Assembly: GCA_945885475.1 (NCBI GenBank)
Contig: CAMCYR010000001.1
Span: forward strand, 47,956-111,955
Reading direction: 5' to 3'
From: Chitinophaga pinensis
GTDB lineage: Bacteria > Bacteroidota > Bacteroidia > 2-12-FULL-35-15
Length of the DNA: 64,000 bases
Positions 1 to 8,800 of this stretch are shown here, piece after piece. Below the pieces are notes generated by a model. That model did no database searches and had not been told where the DNA came from. It saw only the letters and a program-made list of their open reading frames with translations. A program made the position numbers and the translations under genes. Each line of letters begins with the position of its first letter. The first letter of the stretch is position 1.

Positions 1-387
1 ACAATTTTCATTCTTCTTCTATTCTGTTTCCCTTCATCAGCGCAGGAAGATATGAAGGGTACTATTAAGGTAAAGAAAAGTGGAAAAATATTTAATATTT
101 TTTTCGACAATGTAAACAACCGGTTGGTCGGTAAGGATTACTATGGTAATATTTTAGATTCAGCAATAGTATCCTTTGATGTAAAAGTTATCATTAAAGG
201 AATTGAAATAAAAGAAAGTGTCATAGGAAATACACTTTCCAGAACAATGCAAAACCGAATAAACAGAACAGACAACGGAACGACACTTTTTTTTACAAAT
301 GTGATAGTAAAAGAAAAAAAAGGAAAACAATTGGACTGGCCTAATTTCAATACCAAGATCGGATTTGTATTTGAAAAAGAAGAGTAG
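1..387 (+). CDS. Secreted protein with a GldM C-terminal-like domain (5' end outside window)
   Basis: Frame is open from base 1 (TIFILLLFCFPSSAQED, signal-peptide-like) into the ORF at 52. IVSFDVKV..GNTLSRTMQNRI..GTTLFFTNVIVK resembles the last Ig-like domain of GldM. Confidence 0.5.
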   Translation, partial: TIFILLLFCFPSSAQEDMKGTIKVKKSGKIFNIFFDNVNNRLVGKDYYGNILDSAIVSFDVKVIIKGIEIKESVIGNTLSRTMQNRINRTDNGTTLFFTNVIVKEKKGKQLDWPNFNTKIGFVFEKEE

Positions 388-402
388 AGATCAGGTTCTT
401 TA

Positions 403-1830
403 TTATTCGAAGAAATCTTTATTGAAATTCACCAGATACAGCTTTTCTGATGCCCGCGATACAGCAGTATATAACCATCGCAAATATTCTGTATTTATCA
501 TCTCATCTGTAAGATAACCTTGCTCAACAAAAACACAAGGCCATTGGCCACCTTGCGCTTTATGACACGTTATCGCATAAGCAAATTTAACTTGTAAGGC
601 ATTAAAAAAACTATCCTCCTTCACTTTCTTTAATCGCAATCTTCTATCTGCTATGTCAGCATAATCAGCTGAAACCGACTCATACAAACGCTTATTTTCT
701 TCCTGTGAAAGTGCAGGAGCATCACTCATAATTGTATCCAGCAATAAGCGCGTTTCTAATTCGGGTTCATCCGGGTAATCAATCATTCGCATTCTTACAT
801 CTGCAAATCGAAAGCCATGCATTTCTTGAATTCTACCGATACTTGTAAGTTGAATAATATCACCGTTAGCAATAAACCCGGCTTTAGATTCCTCAGGAAG
901 CCAGAAATAATTATTCTTTACAACCATCATTAAATCACCTGCTGATAATTCATTTTCCTGCCAGCGGATGCGCGTCCTTATTTGTTGATTAAATATATTC
1001 GCTCGTTTATTTGACCTACAAATAACCATTGATTCCTCCGCACCATATTTTGAATACGCACTGTTCAAAGCATCCTCCAACTCGTCCCCACCTAAGCGAA
1101 TTACATCCTTAAAACCATTCAGCAAAAAATGAGGCTTATTCCCTAACTTATTTTTTATCTGGTTCCGAATTTCAGTTGCATTTGTAAGGATACCCGAATC
1201 ACCGGCCTGCCTTACCACTTCTGTCAATTCGAACCAATCCAACTGAAAAGAATAAGATGCTTTCAAAAACTCGATATCCAGAGCTGGACTTACATCTAAA
1301 CCTACTGGAGGCAGCTGTGCCGTATCACCAATAAAAAGCAATTTGCAATTATTCCCATTAAAAACATAGGAGATCAGATCGTCCAACAAACTTCCTCCGC
1401 CAAACATTCCATTGCTATTTAATCCTCCTGAATTAGATATCATTGAAGCTTCATCTACAATAAAAATAGTATCGGTATGTAAATTTTGTTGAAGAGTGAA
1501 TGCCAATCCTTCAGAGCTTTCCGGTTTGCGATAATAAATTTTTTTGTGAATGGTTAATGCTTGTTTTTCGGTATAATTAGAAAGGACTTTTGCTGCCCTT
1601 CCTGTTGGAGCCAACAAAACAGTTTTACCATTTACAGCGGGCATACTTTTAACCAATGAACGAACGATTGTTGTTTTACCCGTTCCGGCATAACCTTTTA
1701 AAACAAAAATCTGATCTGAATTTTTGTTAAGAATAAATTCCGATAGTTTTATAAATAACGTTCGCTGACCACTTGTTGTTTCAAATGGAAAACTATCCAA
1801 TAAAATCTTATTAAACTCCTCCTGCCTCAT
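403..1830 (-). CDS. RecD-like superfamily 1B ATP-dependent DNA helicase
   Basis: Walker A GYAGTGKT, LAPTGRAAK, Walker B IVDEASM, IGDTAQLPP, TCHKAQG, WLYTAVSRA. Confidence 0.88.
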   Translation of the reverse strand: MRQEEFNKILLDSFPFETTSGQRTLFIKLSEFILNKNSDQIFVLKGYAGTGKTTIVRSLVKSMPAVNGKTVLLAPTGRAAKVLSNYTEKQALTIHKKIYYRKPESSEGLAFTLQQNLHTDTIFIVDEASMISNSGGLNSNGMFGGGSLLDDLISYVFNGNNCKLLFIGDTAQLPPVGLDVSPALDIEFLKASYSFQLDWFELTEVVRQAGDSGILTNATEIRNQIKNKLGNKPHFLLNGFKDVIRLGGDELEDALNSAYSKYGAEESMVICRSNKRANIFNQQIRTRIRWQENELSAGDLMMVVKNNYFWLPEESKAGFIANGDIIQLTSIGRIQEMHGFRFADVRMRMIDYPDEPELETRLLLDTIMSDAPALSQEENKRLYESVSADYADIADRRLRLKKVKEDSFFNALQVKFAYAITCHKAQGGQWPCVFVEQGYLTDEMINTEYLRWLYTAVSRASEKLYLVNFNKDFFE

Positions 1831-1849
1831 TATATTTAAAGAATACAGG

Positions 1850-1857
1850 CAAATTTA
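1850..1857 (-). promoter_or_regulatory. Bacteroidota -7 promoter box (TAAATTTG) for the helicase gene
   Basis: Matches TAnnTTTG, 19 nt upstream of the ATG at 1830. Confidence 0.5.
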
Positions 1858-2014
1858 CGATTATGAACGGAATAGTCTTTACACAAAATGCATTCATTTC
1901 TACAGATCCTATTTTGAAAAAATAATTTTAGTATTAAAAGATAGCACCTGGCAACCGAATATAAACCATCATGAACTTTGCGCCCCTGCTGAACAATAAA
2001 ATCAGTAAAATGTA

Positions 2015-2022
2015 TATCTTTG
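2015..2022 (+). promoter_or_regulatory. -7 promoter box TATCTTTG
   Basis: Matches TAnnTTTG, 6 nt before the ATG at 2029. Confidence 0.6.
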
Positions 2023-2028
2023 CATACC

Positions 2029-2904
2029 ATGACCACCGATTTGAAAAAAAAAATAACACAACTTCATTCATTCATAGATGAGGCCTTCGATGAAAAGAAA
2101 ACAGCATCGTATCAACTATTACTTCAAATGGGAGTAAATGATATTCAGGTAGCTATTCATGATAAACAGCAAAATAAGTACATTGCATTAGAAAAATATG
2201 TTGTTTCGAACACCGATAACTTTGAAGCACTCACCGACTTATTCGACATTTTGTCAAAAGAAAGCAAACTGATCGATCATGTCTTCCAATCAGTTATATG
2301 TTTAATTGTAAGTAACTTGTCGACATTGGTTCCCAGCGTGCTATTTGAAGAAGACAAAAAAGAAATTTATCTCAACTTTAACGCTTCGCTGACCGAGGAT
2401 GAAGTAATAATGACAGATGAGATCAACAGTCTGGATGCCAAAAATATATTTGCACTACCGGCATCTTTAAAAACTAAGCTGAACCATAAATATTCAAATG
2501 TAAAATACCATCATGCTTCCAGCGCTTTAATTGATACGCTAACCGCTAACAATAAAAATCAAACAGGCAAAAAGATATACATACATATTGAATCTACTCA
2601 CTTTGAGATCCTTCTGATAGAAGGGAAAAATCTGATCTTTTACAATTCATTCAACTATCATTCAACCGAAGACTTTATCTATTATGTTTTATTTGTATTC
2701 GAACAACTTCAACTGAATCCGGAAAAAACTGAAACAATCTTATTGGGTGAAGTCGAAAAATCTTCTGCTTTATATACGTTAACAAACAAATACATCCGGA
2801 ATATAAAATTTGCGGAACGCACGGTTGATTCCGACTATAGCTACCAGTTACAAACATTACCAAAACACTTTAATTTTACCCTGTTTAACAGCTATTATAA
2901 CTAA
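2029..2904 (+). CDS. DUF3822 family protein
   Basis: Typical position before rsmD. Motifs LVPSVLF, FYNSFNYHSTEDFIYYVLFVFEQL, ILLGEV. Start moved from TTG 2020 (inside the promoter box) to ATG 2029. Confidence 0.75.
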   Translation: MTTDLKKKITQLHSFIDEAFDEKKTASYQLLLQMGVNDIQVAIHDKQQNKYIALEKYVVSNTDNFEALTDLFDILSKESKLIDHVFQSVICLIVSNLSTLVPSVLFEEDKKEIYLNFNASLTEDEVIMTDEINSLDAKNIFALPASLKTKLNHKYSNVKYHHASSALIDTLTANNKNQTGKKIYIHIESTHFEILLIEGKNLIFYNSFNYHSTEDFIYYVLFVFEQLQLNPEKTETILLGEVEKSSALYTLTNKYIRNIKFAERTVDSDYSYQLQTLPKHFNFTLFNSYYN

Positions 2905-3449
2905 TGCGAATCATCAGTGGAATGCATAAAGGAAGAGTCGTTCATCCTCCGAAGAATCTTCCGGTTCGGCCAACCACAGATTTTGCGAAAGAAAGCATAT
3001 TCAATATCCTGAACAATCATTTTGAATTTGAAGGCCTGAAGATATTGGATTTGTTTTGCGGAACAGGAAACATTACCTATGAATTCGCATCACGCGGATG
3101 TGGAGACATTACCAGTGTAGATAGCAATTACAGCTGTTGTGAATTTGTAAAAAAAACAAGTTCCGACTTCAAGATGCATGCAATCAAAGTCATAAAATCA
3201 GATTCGTTTGCATTTTTAAAACGAGCTACTCTGCCGTATCACATAATTTTTTGTGATCCTCCCTACGACATGGCTAATTTTGATTTATTGCCGGAATTAG
3301 TATTTACAAACCAATTATTAAAACCAAATGGCTGGTTAATTGTGGAGCATGGCCCTACAACTGACTTAAGCAAACTCCCTCATTTCAAAGAGCACCGCAG
3401 TTACGGGAATGTAAATTTTGCAATATTTGAAAACAATGCTGATGAATAG
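2904..3449 (+). CDS. rsmD: 16S rRNA m2G966 methyltransferase RsmD
   Basis: MRIISG, RPTTD, LDLFCGTG SAM motif, FCDPPY; TAATG overlap with the upstream gene. Confidence 0.92.
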   Translation: MRIISGMHKGRVVHPPKNLPVRPTTDFAKESIFNILNNHFEFEGLKILDLFCGTGNITYEFASRGCGDITSVDSNYSCCEFVKKTSSDFKMHAIKVIKSDSFAFLKRATLPYHIIFCDPPYDMANFDLLPELVFTNQLLKPNGWLIVEHGPTTDLSKLPHFKEHRSYGNVNFAIFENNADE

Positions 3450-3546
3450 TGAGTCCTTTTTAACGAATTACCCCACTTTGACATCGTCAAAGCGCATTCA
3501 CATTAAAAAGTTTTCGTAAATTCGTATATTGACTAACACGACAAAA

Positions 3547-4017
3547 ATGGACAAACGCATTGCTATTTTTCCGGGATCATTTGACCCTATAACAAAAGGA
3601 CATGAGAATATTTTAAGAAGAGCATTACCGCTTTTCGATGAAATAATTATTGCCATTGGTAAAAATAGTAGCAAACAAAATTATTTTAGTTTAGAACAAC
3701 GTGAGAAATGGATCCGACAAGTATTTTCGGACGAACCAACTGTTCGAATCGAATCCTACACAGGTCTTACCATCGAATTTTGCAAAAAAGTAAATGCAAA
3801 CTACATTCTTCGGGGCCTCCGCACCTCTGCCGATTTTGAATTTGAAAAATCGATTGCTCAAAATAACAAGGTGATGGCACAGCACATTGAAACAATATTT
3901 ATTTTACCGATCCCCGAACTCTCTGCAATAAATTCAACAATTGTACGTGATATAATCAGAAATGGTGGCGACGCTTCACCGTTCGTTCCCGAAGGAGTTG
4001 ATTTAAAAGCCCTATAA
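3547..4017 (+). CDS. coaD: Pantetheine-phosphate adenylyltransferase
   Basis: FPGSFDPITKGH (HIGH-like), LRGLR..DFEFE, INSTIVRDI. ATG 3547 preferred over TTG 3529. Confidence 0.95.
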   Translation: MDKRIAIFPGSFDPITKGHENILRRALPLFDEIIIAIGKNSSKQNYFSLEQREKWIRQVFSDEPTVRIESYTGLTIEFCKKVNANYILRGLRTSADFEFEKSIAQNNKVMAQHIETIFILPIPELSAINSTIVRDIIRNGGDASPFVPEGVDLKAL

Positions 4018-4097
4018 TCGGCACAACTATTGCCAATACCAAACAAGAAAAAGCGACAATAGTTATTTGTATTAGGTTTAAGAAATTATAAACGCTT

Positions 4098-5513
4098 ATG
4101 TATAAATTTTTTACAGTCATATTCAGTCTTTTTTCCTCTCTGTTGATGTTTTCGCAAAATGTCGTGATAAGAGGTGTTGCAAAAACCTACGAGTTCAAAG
4201 AAATCGGCGTTTGGGTTAACAGTGATTACATTTCTGATTTACAAAAACAATTAACATATACAACGATCGATTCAGCTGGTAACTTTACGCTTGAATTTAA
4301 TAGTAAAGAAATTCAATATGTAACACTCAAAGTCGAGAAGTATATATCTTCACTTTATATTGAACCAAAAGGGAATTACGAGATTATTCTCTCTCCACCC
4401 GACTCAAGTACCTATCAAAACCCAAATCTGGAGCAGATTATAAAACTTTCAATTAAACTAAAAAGCAAAACCGAAATAAATGCCATTACTATGGATTATG
4501 ATAATCGGTTCGATGAGTTTCTTGGCGTTTCCTACTTAAGAATAAAACCGCAGGTTCAGATTGATTCATTTAAAATGGCGATGCGTGATTTTTATTCTAC
4601 AGTGAATAATGCCTATTTCAAAAGCTATATGAACTATACAATAGCATCTTTGGAACAAAAAACTAAAATGAGCGAAAAGAAATTATTTGCAGAATATCTC
4701 TTTAAAAAGCCCTTACTATACAACAATCCTGAATACATGCTTTTCTTCAACGACTTCTTCAAACAAAAAGTCATAGATTTTTCCATGACGAAAGCAGGAG
4801 CACCAATGGCATTCCAAATAAACGATCGAGGTAGCTTTTCAGGAACAATGGAAGTATTAAAAAGAGATGCCTTTTTACAAAATGATACGCTCTGTGAGTT
4901 AGTATTAATCAAAGGACTTTATGAAGCATATTATGATAATTCATTTAAACAAGCTTCTGTTATTGCTATACTTCAACAAATCGTTCAGGAAACAATTATT
5001 CAAGAGCATAAACGGATTGCTCAGAACATCTTGAATTCATTTTCGAAATTAAAAGCAGGCTCATCTGCTCCATACTTTGAATTACCCGACAAAACAGGAT
5101 TGACGCACAGCCTCGATGAACTCAGGAATAAGAAATATATTTATATGATGTTTTATGATGTGAACTGCTCAGCTTGTCAGCAACAGATGAAAATAATTCC
5201 TTCATTAATAAAAATGTATGGGGAGCGGATCACATTTGTAAGTATTTCAGTAGATAAAACAAATGCCGATTTGAAAAACTTCCAATCTAAAAACTTAAAA
5301 TACAACTGGCTATTTTTATACGACAATACGCAAGGGAAACTAAAAATGGAGTATGAGATAAAAGCGCTGCCCTGTTATTTTCTGATTGATCCGGAAGGAA
5401 AATTTATTCAGGTACCTGCTGAAAGTCCGGAAGAAGATATTGATCGGATTTTTTATGATATTGTGAAACCAAAAGCCAAATCACATGGAATAGGTGACAA
5501 AAAAAACCATTAG
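4098..5513 (+). CDS. Secreted TlpA/redoxin-family protein with C-terminal thioredoxin fold
   Basis: Signal peptide; APYFELPDKTG, CSAC (CxxC), LPCYFLIDPEG. Confidence 0.75.
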   Translation: MYKFFTVIFSLFSSLLMFSQNVVIRGVAKTYEFKEIGVWVNSDYISDLQKQLTYTTIDSAGNFTLEFNSKEIQYVTLKVEKYISSLYIEPKGNYEIILSPPDSSTYQNPNLEQIIKLSIKLKSKTEINAITMDYDNRFDEFLGVSYLRIKPQVQIDSFKMAMRDFYSTVNNAYFKSYMNYTIASLEQKTKMSEKKLFAEYLFKKPLLYNNPEYMLFFNDFFKQKVIDFSMTKAGAPMAFQINDRGSFSGTMEVLKRDAFLQNDTLCELVLIKGLYEAYYDNSFKQASVIAILQQIVQETIIQEHKRIAQNILNSFSKLKAGSSAPYFELPDKTGLTHSLDELRNKKYIYMMFYDVNCSACQQQMKIIPSLIKMYGERITFVSISVDKTNADLKNFQSKNLKYNWLFLYDNTQGKLKMEYEIKALPCYFLIDPEGKFIQVPAESPEEDIDRIFYDIVKPKAKSHGIGDKKNH

Positions 5514-5565
5514 TCGAACGATAAGGACATAAATTAAAAGAGAGGCCTCAAGTATTTAAGCAGCC

Positions 5566-6177
5566 CTACGGATGAATTTCTTTCATTACTTCCTTAATCG
5601 AATCATACGTATTGTCGTAAACCTTTTTTAACTCTTTTACTGAAAGCCATTGCACATCCGTAATTCCCTCCTCGGCTTGAGGAACAAGTAGTGAATCATC
5701 ATCACAAAACATTTCAAACCAATACGTGCGTTTCAAAATGGCCTTTTCATTGATATGATAAATATGATACGTAGAGTCTAAGTCATGGGTGATCTTCAAC
5801 TTTTTAACACCACACTCCTCCTCTACTTCACGAATAGCAGCGGTTTTAATTCCTTCTCCTTTTTCAATCTTTCCCTTTGGCAGATCCCATTTGCCATTCC
5901 TAAAAATAAATAAATATTCTCCGTTCTTATTTCTAACGAGACCGCCTGCCGCTTCTATAATTTTAAAATGGGAGGAAAATCTATCAAGCAAAAGCTTTTC
6001 ATCTTCATGATAGAAGTAAAGTTCCAGAAGATGATTTTTAGTAACTAATTCATCATACATCATCTCCAACTCATCTAGCGAATGAATCCTTACCAGAAAC
6101 GTATCTTTCTTTTGTTGATAATCCATAAGATTACTAGTGAGACAGATCGTTTTGTTCGATGAAAACACTTTTACCAT
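5566..6177 (-). CDS. NUDIX hydrolase
   Basis: Nudix box GKIEKGEGIKTAAIREVEEECG. Confidence 0.9.
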   Translation of the reverse strand: MVKVFSSNKTICLTSNLMDYQQKKDTFLVRIHSLDELEMMYDELVTKNHLLELYFYHEDEKLLLDRFSSHFKIIEAAGGLVRNKNGEYLFIFRNGKWDLPKGKIEKGEGIKTAAIREVEEECGVKKLKITHDLDSTYHIYHINEKAILKRTYWFEMFCDDDSLLVPQAEEGITDVQWLSVKELKKVYDNTYDSIKEVMKEIHP

Positions 6178-6224
6178 TGCTAAGTTTGTTAATTAAAAAA
6201 TAGATTACATCAACAAATTTAGTT

Positions 6225-6232
6225 TATTTTTG
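6225..6232 (+). promoter_or_regulatory. -7 promoter box TATTTTTG, 4 nt before the pyrE ATG
   Basis: TATTTTTG CCGC ATG. A divergent box TAAATTTG for the NUDIX gene lies on the minus strand at 6214-6221. Confidence 0.6.
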
Positions 6233-6236
6233 CCGC

Positions 6237-6878
6237 ATGAAAAAAAATGATGAATCTGCATTAAAAGTTGCGGAGTTTTTGTTGCAGGTGAAAGCGGTAA
6301 AATTACAACCGAATAATCCATTCACCTGGGCATCAGGATGGAAATCACCAATTTATTGCGATAACAGAGTTACACTATCTTTTCCGCAGGTACGAACGTA
6401 TATCCGTCAGCAATTTGTAGAAGCAATTCTTGATAAATTCGGCAAGCCGGATGTGATTGCGGGAGTTGCAACAGGAGGTATAGCTCAAGGAGCTCTGGTG
6501 GCGCAGGAAATGGGATTACCATTTGTATATGTTCGCTCTGAAGCAAAAAAACACGGATTAACAAACATGATAGAGGGAATCGTTGAAAAAGGACAATCTG
6601 TTGTTGTGATCGAAGATCTTATCTCTACCGGAGGTAGTAGCTTAAAAGCTGTAGAAGCATTGCGTGAAGCAGGTTGTGAGGTAAAAGGAATGGCTGCTAT
6701 TTTTACCTATGGATTCAAAACTGCAACTGATAATTTCAAGAAATTTAAATGTGAATTGGTAACATTGAGTAATTATGACACCATGATCAATCAGGCATTG
6801 CAATCAAATTACATTAACGACAAAGATTTAAAATCATTGAAGGAATGGCGTGAAAACCCTGCTGAATGGTTGAAATAA
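6237..6878 (+). CDS. pyrE: Orotate phosphoribosyltransferase
   Basis: WASGWKSPIYCDNR, PRPP motif VVVIEDLISTGGS. Confidence 0.95.
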   Translation: MKKNDESALKVAEFLLQVKAVKLQPNNPFTWASGWKSPIYCDNRVTLSFPQVRTYIRQQFVEAILDKFGKPDVIAGVATGGIAQGALVAQEMGLPFVYVRSEAKKHGLTNMIEGIVEKGQSVVVIEDLISTGGSSLKAVEALREAGCEVKGMAAIFTYGFKTATDNFKKFKCELVTLSNYDTMINQALQSNYINDKDLKSLKEWRENPAEWLK

Positions 6879-6945
6879 ACATACTGACACAACTTGTATT
6901 ATCCTTAAAAAAACGTTTAACTATCAACCTTCAAACTAAGCTGTT

Positions 6946-7350
6946 ATGTCATTAACAAAAATTGAAAGTGAAAAAGTAGAAATCGACAATGCGGCAGAAA
7001 ACATTTTCAACTACCTGAGCGATTTTAATAATTTCGAAAAGTTAATGCCGTCTCAGGTTACGAACTGGACATCCACAGCTGATGAATGCTCATTCACGAT
7101 TAATGGTATGGCCACAATTGGGATGAAGATCATCGAAAAAGCACCTTTCTCAAAAATATCCATCATATCAAACGGCAAAGTCCCGTTTGAATTCAAATTA
7201 TTTGTTTTGATTACAGAAAAAGATGCTAGCAGTTCTGTTGGCCAACTTACTTTCGAATCTGATATGAATCCGATGATTAAAATGATGGTAGAAAAGCCTT
7301 TGGGGAACTTTTTTAATATGCTTGCTCAGAAAATGAAAGACATTAAATAA
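6946..7350 (+). CDS. SRPBCC/START-like (CoxG-like) protein
   Basis: IFNYLSDFNNFEKLMP N-terminal motif, about 134 aa helix-grip pattern, usual neighbour of pyrE. Confidence 0.65.
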   Translation: MSLTKIESEKVEIDNAAENIFNYLSDFNNFEKLMPSQVTNWTSTADECSFTINGMATIGMKIIEKAPFSKISIISNGKVPFEFKLFVLITEKDASSSVGQLTFESDMNPMIKMMVEKPLGNFFNMLAQKMKDIK

Positions 7351-8104
7351 ATCCGATCTCTTTCAAACTGAACGACTTCAACTCACCCGATTTTAATTCT
7401 AACTGCAATTTCCCCTTAGTAGAAACACCGGTGATTCTGCCTTGAAATACACCTTGCTCATCCCGGTAATCAGCCCACGTTCCAATTCTATAGAGTCTGT
7501 CCAAATACGCTTTATCAATACGTTCAAGCTTATTTGATTTCAATTGCAAATATCTCGCTTCAAAAAATTCACATAAGCGCTCCAGCACATTTTGAAGATC
7601 AAATTCTAATTCAACTAGTGTGATAAGCGAAACAGCACCTTTTGTAGAGTTAAATTCTTTTTGATTTACATTTATTCCGATTCCTATAACAGCGCTCTGA
7701 ATGCTTGTTTCTTTAAGTGTATTTTCTATCAAAATACCCGCAATTTTTTTATCATTCACATAAATATCGTTCGGCCACTTTATGCTCACATTCGCTGATT
7801 TATTATAATCTTGCAGAATTTCTGCCATTAAGTCAGAAACAGCCAATGAAGTCATTTTAGTGAGTAAAAACTGCTTATCAACCGACAAAAAGCGTGGGTA
7901 CAAAACAATGCTCAAAGCCATGTTTTTATTGGGTTCGCTCTCCCAGAAATTCCCTCGCTGTCCTCGTCCGTTTAATTGCGAAAAACTATAAATAACACTA
8001 CCTTCGGATAGTTCAATTTGTCGCATCATTTCAGTGGCATAACTGTTGGTAGAACCAACTGACTCAACATGAATGCTATTTTGCCCTACAAATAATGTTT
8101 TCAT
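7343..8104 (-). CDS. birA: Biotin-[acetyl-CoA-carboxylase] ligase (no HTH)
   Basis: STNS, QLNGRGQRG, IKWPND, KIAGILIE, GIGINVNQ. Confidence 0.93.
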   Translation of the reverse strand: MKTLFVGQNSIHVESVGSTNSYATEMMRQIELSEGSVIYSFSQLNGRGQRGNFWESEPNKNMALSIVLYPRFLSVDKQFLLTKMTSLAVSDLMAEILQDYNKSANVSIKWPNDIYVNDKKIAGILIENTLKETSIQSAVIGIGINVNQKEFNSTKGAVSLITLVELEFDLQNVLERLCEFFEARYLQLKSNKLERIDKAYLDRLYRIGTWADYRDEQGVFQGRITGVSTKGKLQLELKSGELKSFSLKEIGFI

Positions 8105-8184
8105 TGAGAGTTTTTGCGAAAGTTTTGACTATTTTTGCAAATAATCATTGTGCAAATAACGAAATAAAATAGATACATCCTTCA

Positions 8185-8781
8185 ATGGCGAAAAAGAAAG
8201 CGATACCTGTAAAAAAAACAGCTGTAAAAAAAGTAACGACAACACCAAAAAAAATAGTAGCTAAACCTGCTCGACCTGCCACAAAAAAAGTAGTTGTAAA
8301 AACTAGTGTTTCAAAAACCAAACCTGCTGCATCCAAAACTAAAAATGTAATAACAAAAAAAGTTAGTGCAAAAGCGGTGAAGGCGGTAAAAACAGTTTCA
8401 AAAACAGAAACTAAAAAAATCAAGGGTCCGACAGAACTTCTTGCCGATTCAATTGTTGAAGGAATACTGGAAGTGAAGGGAAGAAATATCTCCATATTGA
8501 ATTTAACAGATATCCATAACCGCGTTTGTGATTATTTCATTATTTGCCAAGCCGATTCAAATACACAGGTAAATGCTATTGCAGGTTCTGTTGAAGAAAT
8601 GGTAAAAAAGCAAACAGGTGAGCGTCCTTACCGGAAAGAAGGGTTTGAAAACGCTGAATGGATACTGGTAGATTATGTTACTGTTGTCGTTCACATTTTC
8701 CAAACAGAAGTACGTAATTTTTATAACCTTGAATCGTTATGGGCGGATGCCGAAGTAACGCAAATTGCATTTGACAAATAA
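8185..8781 (+). CDS. rsfS: Ribosome silencing factor RsfS with an 80-aa Lys/Ala/Thr/Val-rich N-terminal extension
   Basis: C-terminal part DYFIICQADS..QVNAIA, EG..NAEWILVDYVTVVVHIF..RNFYNLESLW; located between birA and ftsH. Confidence 0.9.
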   Translation: MAKKKAIPVKKTAVKKVTTTPKKIVAKPARPATKKVVVKTSVSKTKPAASKTKNVITKKVSAKAVKAVKTVSKTETKKIKGPTELLADSIVEGILEVKGRNISILNLTDIHNRVCDYFIICQADSNTQVNAIAGSVEEMVKKQTGERPYRKEGFENAEWILVDYVTVVVHIFQTEVRNFYNLESLWADAEVTQIAFDK

Positions 8782-8800
8782 TTTTATAGAACGAGAATAT

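Noticed and set aside
2044-2053. A10 run near the 5' end of the DUF3822 gene as a phase-variation tract
   Set aside because: It encodes LKKKI; A/T runs of 8-10 nt are frequent throughout this AT-rich window, and the gene heads a housekeeping operon
8145-8495. Antisense ORF opposite the rsfS extension (likewise 53739-54137 opposite the Cys-rich gene and 48975-49541 over rluB)
   Set aside because: Shadow ORFs produced by low-complexity sense codons; no recognisable motifs or independent signals
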